DNA from: Podarcis bocagei
Taxonomy: Eukaryota
Length of the DNA stretch: 64,000 nucleotides
Assembly: GCA_964188305.1 (NCBI GenBank)
Contig: OZ076885.1
Strand: one strand, 5' to 3'
Shown here piece by piece: positions 25,542-33,857 of the stretch. The translations under genes were made by a program, and so were the position numbers. Under the pieces are notes generated by a model. That model was not told the DNA's origin, did no database searches, and saw only the letters and a program-made list of their open reading frames with translations. Position 1 is the first letter of the stretch. Each line of letters starts with the position of its first letter.

Positions 25542-27153
25542 GTGAGTTGCTATGCTGAACAAATCTTTTCTTGGAAGTTCATTTTCAATGACTGAGCAGA
25601 ACACAAAGTTGCAAGCTTAAACTGAGCTATATTTTAATTAGTGTTTGACAGGTACTTTTTAGAAAACAATGCCGGCAGATATTATCTGTTCAAAGAGGTT
25701 TTTAACAAAAGATGCAGCTCCTTTAGACTATAGTCTTGTGCACAATTTTATGTCATTATATGTTCAGCCAGGTTTATTGCACCATGTTTATAGCTGAAAG
25801 ATTTGGAAGGCAAAAGGGACATGCCATTAATCTGTACCAAGCCATTAACTGGTTTATCATAATGTGTATGAGTAAGTACAAACATTTGACTCTTCTCTTC
25901 TCCCCTCTCCTCAATTCTCATGCATTGAAAAGAAACTTAGAGCTCCTGGTTGGCTTCTCAGTCAAACTACTTTCCATATTATATCTGAATATTGGAAACA
26001 AAAACTCTCCTTGCTGTACTTACTGGGTGGAATTGAACATCATGCTCTTCCAATCATTCTATCTGTGCAAGCATTACAACTTGTCAGGTGGAATGATTCC
26101 TCTCTCTCCTATCTCCTCAAGTTGTTCAGGTGGTTTTACTGCCACCCCCCCCCCAAAAAAATATTCAGGGAGTGCAGGAGCCAAATTGTACATGTGGAAG
26201 TCCTTGAACAGGGCTTCTGCTGATGAGGCTGGTTAGGTGATTCCTGCCCACTGTCTTTAACACACTATTACATGCACTGCTTCTGTGTTCCCATTTGTGA
26301 GATTTCTAGTGTGAGTGTCACATTCTTTTTACCAAAGGATCTCCAGCTAATTGTCAGCTTACAAATGCCTCCAACAAAAATCCCTGTTTGCAACACTCTC
26401 AAGTTTCTTTGTAATCAAAGTATTCACAATCCTGACCATAGTGGAAGATAGAGGCCCTGATTTTTGCAGCTACACATTGTGAAGCTACAGAACAGCCAAT
26501 GGAGACTTACTCCAACTCTCTCATTTGTTATAAGTAATTGGTCTCTGGGTAGCAGCCTCTGGCCAAACTTGCTTGTGGATTCATGTGTTGTTGAACTTGT
26601 AGGTACTGAAAGAAAAACAGAAGAGTTGATTTCTCTAGTTTCAGTTATTATTTGTCTTTCCAAAATGCTCAAAGGAATTGCTTTTACATGTTTAAAGATC
26701 CATTGAATTAGGTATTATTTAAAAAGTATTGTTTATGATAAAGTGCCAATGGTAGACTAGGCCATTGGCACTTCCAAAAATGATAACCTATGAGTTATCT
26801 TTTCTTTTGCCTAAAGTTTTTTTTTCTTTTTTACTTGCTGACTTGCTGTTTCCCTGTAATCATAATATTAAATAATTCACTTATTTTCACATGCACGGCA
26901 AGGTCTTGACTGAGTCAAATTTCTTAGCACTGACTTCAAGGCATTCTCCTCATCCAGATAGAAGTGCAGAGAGAGAGAGCTGTGTGCTTACAAAAGAGAT
27001 TTTCTTTTGTTCTTTTCCCTTGAGAATTAAGCATACAGCTCCAGAGAACAAGGGCAAAAAAACAATCCTTGGTCACCTCTGGTCTGCTAGAAGAACAAAC
27101 ACCTTGGAGTATCCTTCCCCAGCCTATTGCCCTCTAGATGTTTAGGACTCTAG

Positions 27154-27427
27154 AGGCAGTGTGGTGTAGTGGTTAAGAGCGGTAGTCTCGTAATCTGGGG
27201 AACTGGGTTCACGTCTCTCCCCTCCTCCACATGCAGCTGCTGGGTGACCTTGGGCTAGTCACACTTCTCTGAAGTCTCTCAGTCCCACTCACCTCACAGA
27301 GTGTTTGTTGTGGGGGAGGAAGGGAAAGGAGAATGTTAGCCGCTTTGAGACTCCTTTGGGTAGTGATAAAGCGGGATATCAAATCCAAACTCCTCCTCCT
27401 CCTCCTCCTCCTCCTCTTCTTCTTCTT
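27154..27427 (+). mobile_element. tRNA-derived CORE-type SINE (Squam3-like) with (CCT/CTT)n tail, nested in a MITE
   Basis: Box A TGGTGTAGTGG; core GTGACCTTGGGCTAGTCAC; TSD CTCTAG at 27148-27153 and 27428-27433. Confidence 0.82.
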
Positions 27428-28387
27428 CTCTAGCTTCTATCAGCCCCAGCTAGCATGACCACTGGTCAGTGATTATGGGAGTTGTAGTCCAAAACATCTG
27501 CAGGGCACTAGGTTGGGGAAGGCTGCCTTGGGGCGTTCTCCAAATTGCCCTCCATTCTTAGTAGAAAGGCTTCGTGTTGTCCCATTATTGCCCAGAGGGC
27601 ATGGCCATCGTCCATAATACAACACAAGTATTCAGTGAAGTAAATGCAGCAAGTACTACTCTGTGCAATTAAAGTTTTGTAATTTCTAGCTCTTCATAAG
27701 AGGTAGCTGCTGAGAGCCAGATGAGGTAATCTTAACCTTTTGTGCTTATATGTTGTCATTTTATTGGGTAAATGGCTAGTTGAAATGCAGTTGTAACAAA
27801 CTGAATTATAATGGCATGTTAACAGCCAAAGGCAGCTGTGTTAGCATGTAAGCAAGAAGTTTCAAAATCCGGTTGGCCAGCAACTTTATTGGACCTATCA
27901 AAACATTGCAAATTTGTTGCAAGCTTTTGAGTTGTCCCGACGAGATGTTACATAAAGCAGGAGATGAGGGTTTTTCTTTGTTTGTTTTTAGTACAGAAAG
28001 GTTAGGCTAGATATTGTAGCATGTTTGCAGATGGATCTTGGAGGCTGGGTAAATCTCTCCTTGGTGCTACAAATACCAGGTTTTACACCTAGCATTCTAG
28101 AATAAAGAATCAATAGCTTGCAACCCAGATATGTACTTTAGTTACTGAAAGCGGGATTTCAGCTAGTCACAACATCAAGAGTTTGGGTTGAGGAAAAGAA
28201 TTAACTGGATTTGCGTTGTTTAAAAGTTCAATTTTGTGCGCACACAAAAGTAAAAAGAGTTGTTTCTGCAAGAAGCCATCTCTGTTCTCCTACCTTCCAA
28301 AAGAGCTATCATCTATACCAAGCAGTGTCTGTAAATCACAGAGAAGGTACTTTAATGCTAGCTTCTGAGTCCGGCTTGTTTGGAAGC

Positions 28388-28795
28388 TGTGAGGGTTTGA
28401 TTAGCTGCTTGTGCGTGAAAACGTGCTCCCTCAGAGTTTGTGCGCCCCCACAAACCTCCGTGTGTGACGGAGCTCCTCAGACATGTCTGCTCTAGTCACT
28501 AGTAGAGTCCGACAGTGGCTGTCTGCGGAAGCGTTTCCAACAAAGAAGTTCCTTAACGGAAACGCGTCTCCTGGACTCACGGCGTGACAGTTTCCTGCGA
28601 GGTATGGGTCTCCCTATGGGAGACTCCGATACCTCCCCACTGTTTTCGCTGGAAGCCTCCCTGAGCCCTCCCTCCTGCTCGCATTCCCTCAGAGACCCAC
28701 TCCTCCCCCTGCTGGTCCCTGCTTCAGCAGTTGAGTCTCTTTCATCCTGCCTGAGTCCCTCCACCACCTGATGCTCTGATGGCAGTTCCCTGACA
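28388..28795 (-). repeat. 3' LTR (408 bp)
   Basis: Direct repeat of 33450-33857, adjacent to the PPT. Confidence 0.97.
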
Positions 28796-31700
28796 TCCAC
28801 CTCCCCTCCAGGGCCCCCCTCACCCCCTCCCAATTCCTCCCCCCTGGGAGGTGAAGGGCTAAAACCCCGAAACGAATCTTCCTCATCTTCTGACGTCTCG
28901 AACAATTCTCTCCATCGATCGTCGTCCTGGCCAGCTGAATCCTCCTCCTCTTCAGAATCTGGGAACCCCTCCAACTCCTCTTCCTCGTCGGTGGTGGCAA
29001 AGTATTCCCTTCGGAACCTCGCTACAGGCTGAGGTTTACGTGGGAACCTCTGATGAAAAGTCTCTATTAAAACCTCGTCATTGACATCCTCTGCCCTAAC
29101 CCAGGTGTTTTCCGACTCCGGTTCCCCTTCCCACATTACCAAATACTCTACTTGATCTCCCTTCCACCTGGAATCGAGGATCTCCGCTACATGGTAGCTG
29201 TGTTCCTTCTCCTCCATTGCTGGTCCCCTAGTGACCCTCCCCTCACTGTCTCCTCTATACGGTGACAGCAACGACCTGTGAAAAACTGGGTGCAGCTTCA
29301 TGTGGTTCGGTAACCGGAGCCTGAAAGCCACTGGATTGACCTGCTGTATGACTTCAAACGGACCCAGCCTTTTGGGTCTTAATTTCTTACAACCTCCTTT
29401 GAATGGCAACCCTTGGGTTGACAGCCACACCTGGTCCCCCACCCTGATGCTTTCACCTTCCCTTCTGTTTTTGTCTGCTTGCCTCTTATATTCCTCCTTA
29501 GCCCTGTTTAAGTTGAGTTGGAGCTGGCGATGGATCGCTTCCATTTCTTCCACGAACTGTTCTGCAGCTGGAACGCTCCAGTTCTCCCCCTCCCCCCCTG
29601 GGAAGGCTCTGGGATGGCACCCGTGATTAGCCAAAAAGGGGCTCATCCCCGTGGACACGTTCTCTGCATTGTTGTAGGCAAATTCTGCCAACGCCAGCTT
29701 CTCCACCCAATCATTCTCTCTGTCATTAACATAACACCTCAAATATTGTTGGAGAACCCCATTTGCTCTTTCCGCCTGCCCGTTGGTTTCAGGATGACGG
29801 GCCGTCGAGAAATTAACCTCTACATGCAGTAAGCTCATGAGCTTCCTCCAGAACCTGGAAGTAAATTGTTTCCCTCGGTCTGAAACCACCCTCAAGGGGG
29901 CGCCATGCAACCTAAACACATTCTCTACAAACAATTTGGCGGTTTCTTCTGCTGTAACCGCATGTGAGCAGGCTATGAAGTGGGCCATTTTAGTTAACAG
30001 GTCTACTACAACCATGATGGCTGTTTTCCCTCTAGACCTTGGCAGATCAGTCATGAAATCTATTGCCACTGCTTCCCACGGTCTCTCAGGTGTGGGCAGT
30101 GGTTCTAATAAACCAGCCGGCGCCTGCCTCTCCCCCTTGGCTCTTTGGCATTGTTCACACCCTCTCACATACTCCCGCACATCTTCCCTGACCTTGGGCC
30201 ACCAAAATTCCCTGGTAACCAGCCACATGGTTTTGTGTTGCCCAAAGTGCCCTGCTGTGGGGCTATCGTGCAGCTGCTTGAGTACTTTCTCCCTCAATTC
30301 CCCTTCAGGTATATATAACGCTCCCTTATAATACAATGCCCCATTTCTCTCCTCAAAACCACCGGGTTTGTCTTCCTCCCCTCTGAGATCCCTGAGTTTC
30401 CCCTGGGCGTATGCATCCTGCACCGTACCCTCTACCAATTCCCTTTGCCCCACCAAAGTCGCCCCACACACCCAGCGGTCCTCTGGAATGATATGGGTTT
30501 CTTCGGGTGCTCCCTCCCCCTCCAAATATTCAGGCTTGCGTGAGAGAGCGTCCGCCCTAACATTCTCTGGGCCTGGCACATAACAAATCTCAAAGTTAAA
30601 TTTGGAGAACTCTTGGGCCCATCTCAACTGCCTTTGGTTGAGCACTCGCGCCGTTCTCCAGTACTCTAGATTTTTATGGTCCGTGCACACTTGCACTTTA
30701 TGTTGTGCACCAACTAGCAGATGCCTCCATCTCCGGAACGCCTCATGAATAGCAAGCAGTTCTCGGTCGTACACCGTGTAGTTCCTCTCGGATTTGTTCA
30801 GCTTCCGCGAGAAGAAGGCACACGGACGCCACTCCGACTCCTCCTTCCCCGGCTGCAGAAGAAGCACCGCCCCTATGGCTCTGTCAGATGCGTCTGTTTC
30901 AACCCTTAGCTTCTTTCGTAAATCCACATGCAGAAGTTGTTCTTCAGAGGCGAAGGCCCTTTTCAGTTCCTCAAACGCTCGCCCCGCCTCCGCCGTCCAT
31001 ACAAACTTCTTCTTACTGCTGAGACAGTCAGTGATGGGCGCCGTCAGATGGGCGAAGTTGCGGATGAACTTACGATAAAAGTTTCCAAACCCTAGGAACC
31101 TCTGCACATCCTTCTTGGTTTTGGGTGTTTTCCATTCCAGCACTGCCTGTACCTTGCCGGGATCCATGGCCAATCCCTTGTCTGACAGGCGGTACCCCAG
31201 GAATTCCACCTCCTTGGTATGGAACCGACACTTCTCCAGTTTGACCCACAGCCTGTTGGCTTGCAGTCTGCTCAACACTTCTCTGACGTCTCTCACATGT
31301 TGCTCCTCACTCTCAGAATACACCAACACATCATCTAGAAAGGCAACGCAATTCTTGTAGAGCAAAGGGCCCAGCACGTGGTTCATAAAAGATTGAAAAC
31401 ACGCGGAGCCTGCTTGTAATCCAAATGGCATAACGAGGTATTCAAACGCCCCCAAAGGGGTAAACATGGTGGTTTTCCATTCATCCCCTTTCCTTATGCG
31501 TATCAGGTTGTACGCCCCCCTTAGATCCAGCTTTGTGAAAATCTTTCCCTTCCTCACCATGGTCAAAATATCATCAATTCTGGGCATAGGGAACGCCACC
31601 GGTTCAGTCACTGCATTCAGCCGTCTAAAATCACATACAAGTCTCGGCTTGTCCGCATTTTTTTTGTCCACAAAGAACACTGGGCTCCCCCCTGCTGCTT

Positions 31701-32445
31701 TGGACTCTCTGATGAAGCCTCTCTTCAGGTTCTTGTCAATGAACCCTCGCAACTCCTGCATTTCCCTGTCTGACATGGCATACAACTTGCCCACGGGAAG
31801 CTGTGCTCCAGGGAGTAAATTGATCTGACAATCAAAGGGTCTATGAGGTGGTAGTTGGTCAGCTTCCTTCTCGCTGAACACGTCGCTGAGATCTGCATAC
31901 TGTGGTGGTACCTTCACCTTTCCCATTACTTCAGTCCCTGCTAGGGTGGCTTGGGCCCCTACTGAACCCTTCTCCCCTTTGCAGTGTTCTAGGCAATGTG
32001 CTGAACCAAAGGACACCACTCTTTGATGCCAGCCAACCAGCGGATCATGTAGAGCTAGCCAGCTCATTCCCAAAATAATGGGAGCGCCTCCCAGGGTGGC
32101 CACATTAAACGCTATCAGTTCTGTGTGCCTTGCCACCCTCATTATCATTGGGACAGTCTGCAAGCGGACTCCTCCTCCCAACAACTCCCTGCCATCAATC
32201 GTGGTCACCTGCAGGGGGTTGCTTAAAGGGATGGTCTGTATCTGGTGTTCAGCAACAAACTCCTTGCTCATAAAATTGCAGGAGCTGCCTGAGTCCAATA
32301 GCGCCTTTATTTTTAGGGGGTGCCCATTCTGCAGCTCTAGCGACACTTCAATCACTAGAGCAGGTCGAGGAGCTTCTGGCACGGGCACTTTCACTGCTCT
32401 TTGGCCTGGCTGCAGTGCCCCAATTGTGGCAACCAGGCGTTGGCT
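28492..32445 (-). CDS. pol: Pol (PR-RT-RNase H-integrase-chromodomain-acidic/basic tail), expressed as Gag-Pol by -1 frameshift
   Basis: Protease LLDSGS; RT LDLRGAY...FLDD; RNase H TDAS/TDH/ADALSR; integrase HHCC, D,D,E and GPF motifs; chromodomain ~29041-29196; frame open 32478-28492. Confidence 0.96.
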   Translation of the reverse strand, partial: SQRLVATIGALQPGQRAVKVPVPEAPRPALVIEVSLELQNGHPLKIKALLDSGSSCNFMSKEFVAEHQIQTIPLSNPLQVTTIDGRELLGGGVRLQTVPMIMRVARHTELIAFNVATLGGAPIILGMSWLALHDPLVGWHQRVVSFGSAHCLEHCKGEKGSVGAQATLAGTEVMGKVKVPPQYADLSDVFSEKEADQLPPHRPFDCQINLLPGAQLPVGKLYAMSDREMQELRGFIDKNLKRGFIRESKAAGGSPVFFVDKKNADKPRLVCDFRRLNAVTEPVAFPMPRIDDILTMVRKGKIFTKLDLRGAYNLIRIRKGDEWKTTMFTPLGAFEYLVMPFGLQAGSACFQSFMNHVLGPLLYKNCVAFLDDVLVYSESEEQHVRDVREVLSRLQANRLWVKLEKCRFHTKEVEFLGYRLSDKGLAMDPGKVQAVLEWKTPKTKKDVQRFLGFGNFYRKFIRNFAHLTAPITDCLSSKKKFVWTAEAGRAFEELKRAFASEEQLLHVDLRKKLRVETDASDRAIGAVLLLQPGKEESEWRPCAFFSRKLNKSERNYTVYDRELLAIHEAFRRWRHLLVGAQHKVQVCTDHKNLEYWRTARVLNQRQLRWAQEFSKFNFEICYVPGPENVRADALSRKPEYLEGEGAPEETHIIPEDRWVCGATLVGQRELVEGTVQDAYAQGKLRDLRGEEDKPGGFEERNGALYYKGALYIPEGELREKVLKQLHDSPTAGHFGQHKTMWLVTREFWWPKVREDVREYVRGCEQCQRAKGERQAPAGLLEPLPTPERPWEAVAIDFMTDLPRSRGKTAIMVVVDLLTKMAHFIACSHAVTAEETAKLFVENVFRLHGAPLRVVSDRGKQFTSRFWRKLMSLLHVEVNFSTARHPETNGQAERANGVLQQYLRCYVNDRENDWVEKLALAEFAYNNAENVSTGMSPFLANHGCHPRAFPGGEGENWSVPAAEQFVEEMEAIHRQLQLNLNRAKEEYKRQADKNRREGESIRVGDQVWLSTQGLPFKGGCKKLRPKRLGPFEVIQQVNPVAFRLRLPNHMKLHPVFHRSLLSPYRGDSEGRVTRGPAMEEKEHSYHVAEILDSRWKGDQVEYLVMWEGEPESENTWVRAEDVNDEVLIETFHQRFPRKPQPVARFRREYFATTDEEEELEGFPDSEEEEDSAGQDDDRWRELFETSEDEEDSFRGFSPSPPRGEELGGGEGGPGGEVDVRELPSEHQVVEGLRQDERDSTAEAGTSRGRSGSLRECEQEGGLREASSENSGEVSESPIGRPIPRRKLSRRESRRRVSVKELLCWKRFRRQPLSDSTSD
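28796..28809 (-). promoter_or_regulatory. Polypurine tract GGAGGGGAGGTGGA
   Basis: Purine-rich run directly 5' of the 3' LTR TG. Confidence 0.85.
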
Positions 32446-32451
32446 TTTACC
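32383..32451 (-). promoter_or_regulatory. -1 ribosomal frameshift signal: G_GUA_AAA, 6-nt spacer, H-type pseudoknot
   Basis: S1 GCCUGGUUGC/GCAGCCAGGC (10 bp, one GU); S2 GGGCACU/AGUGCCC (7 bp); pol is in the -1 frame. Confidence 0.8.
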
Positions 32452-33404
32452 TGCTCCGCTCCCCCTTCTTCTCCCCCCTCAACAGCTCCCACCATCCCTT
32501 GCCATTCCTTCCTCTGGGGGCAGACTCTGGCAAAGTGGCCTGGCTGTTGGCAGAGATAGCATTTCCGGGGGCCCTTTCCCTCCTTCTTAGCTCCCTCGCT
32601 GGTTTTTGAAAATGCGCGCGCGCGCGCTGTTCCGATTTCCATCGGCTCTGCCGGCGGGAAAGCTGGCTCAGGAATGTCTGGAATGCGGAACTCCTTCCAA
32701 CGTTCCCCTCTCCCTTCCCGCCTCTCCAAGGCTCTTGCCTCCTGCCGCGCTCCTATGGTCAGCGCAGATTTGGTCAGCTGATCCATAGACTCCGCCCTGG
32801 GGCTCCGTGCCAGCTCGTCTTTCACCCCCGAAGAAAGACCTTCTTCAAATAGCATTTGAACGGGTGCCGCCGATAAATCCCAACTCAGTCTGTGAATCAG
32901 CATGGTAAACTCAGTCCAATATTCACGGACAGATCGACTCCCCTGCTTACAAGCCATTAGCTGCCTGCGCACCACCCCTTCCTCAATATCGCTGGAAAAC
33001 ATGATATCCATTGCACGAAAGAACTTCATTGTGTCCTTTAGTATGTCATTGTGCGTTGCCATTAGGGGTCGCACCCAGTCTCTAGCCCCTTTCTCAAGAT
33101 GCCCAATTACAAAAGCAACTCGCGATTCCTCATCAGGGAACTCATCGAACTGCACATTAAGGGCATATTGCATCTCTGTCCTAAAAGCATGGTAGTCCTT
33201 GGGGTCCCCCCCAAATTTCTGCACCAATCCTGGTACCTTTCTGGGGAATTGAGTGGCTCTCCCCTTCTTGTCTGCATCCTGAGCCCTTCTCTCCTCCAGC
33301 CTCGCCGTCTGCAGGGCCAGTTGAACCTCCAACGCTCGGTATCTATCTTCCAAGCTTGGACCAGCTCCAGCCCCTGCTCCTCCGGTTCCGGTTGGTTCGC
33401 TCAT
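32391..33404 (-). CDS. gag: Gag (retrotransposon capsid-like domain plus CCHC zinc knuckle CYLCQQPGHFARVC)
   Basis: First in-frame ATG at 33404 (A at -3). The ORF track extends to a non-ATG start at 33515 inside the LTR. MHR-like KQGSRSVREYWTEF. Confidence 0.92.
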   Translation of the reverse strand: MSEPTGTGGAGAGAGPSLEDRYRALEVQLALQTARLEERRAQDADKKGRATQFPRKVPGLVQKFGGDPKDYHAFRTEMQYALNVQFDEFPDEESRVAFVIGHLEKGARDWVRPLMATHNDILKDTMKFFRAMDIMFSSDIEEGVVRRQLMACKQGSRSVREYWTEFTMLIHRLSWDLSAAPVQMLFEEGLSSGVKDELARSPRAESMDQLTKSALTIGARQEARALERREGRGERWKEFRIPDIPEPAFPPAEPMEIGTARARAFSKTSEGAKKEGKGPRKCYLCQQPGHFARVCPQRKEWQGMVGAVEGGEEGGAEQVKANAWLPQLGHCSQAKEQ

Positions 33405-33436
33405 GATGCCTTCTCTTGCACAGGCAGCGTACAAAG

Positions 33437-33447
33437 ACTGTCGGACT
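33437..33447 (-). promoter_or_regulatory. Self-priming primer-binding site AGTCCGACAGT
   Basis: Starts 2 nt inside the 5' LTR end, has no TGG, and is the exact complement of LTR ACTGTCGGACT (33578-33568). Confidence 0.88.
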
Positions 33448-33449
33448 GC

Positions 33450-33857
33450 TGTGAGGGTTTGATTAGCTGCTTGTGCGTGAAAACGTGCTCCCTCAGAGTT
33501 TGTGCGCCCCCACAAACCTCCGTGTGTGACGGAGCTCCTCAGACATGTCTGCTCTAGTCACTAGTAGAGTCCGACAGTGGCTGTCTGCGGAAGCGTTTCC
33601 AACAAAGAAGTTCCTTAACGGAAACGCGTCTCCTGGACTCACGGCGTGACAGTTTCCTGCGAGGTATGGGTCTCCCTATGGGAGACTCCGATACCTCCCC
33701 ACTGTTTTCGCTGGAAGCCTCCCTGAGCCCTCCCTCCTGCTCGCATTCCCTCAGAGACCCACTCCTCCCCCTGCTGGTCCCTGCTTCAGCAGTTGAGTCT
33801 CTTTCATCCTGCCTGAGTCCCTCCACCACCTGATGCTCTGATGGCAGTTCCCTGACA
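33450..33857 (-). repeat. 5' LTR (408 bp)
   Basis: TGTCAGGG...CCCTCACA in element sense; no differences from the other LTR found by eye. Confidence 0.97.

Larger units (their letters stand above)
28388..33857 (-). mobile_element. Full-length Ty3/gypsy chromovirus LTR retrotransposon (Tf1/sushi group), antisense in MGAT5 intron 10
   Basis: Two 408-bp TG...CA LTRs; 5-bp TSD GAAGC at 28383-28387 and 33858-33862; order gag, PR-RT-RH-IN-chromodomain; PPT and self-priming PBS. Confidence 0.98.

Noticed and set aside
27154-27230. tRNA-like sequences (also ~51800 and ~25010)
   Set aside because: SINE heads followed by SINE bodies and TSDs, not tRNA genes.
33405-33515. N-terminal extension of Gag shown in the ORF track
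   Set aside because: Non-ATG start inside the LTR; the ATG at 33404 has good context.
29300-33557. Many + strand ORFs over the retrotransposon
   Set aside because: Antisense shadows of GC-rich gag/pol codons with no recognisable domains; no env ORF is present.
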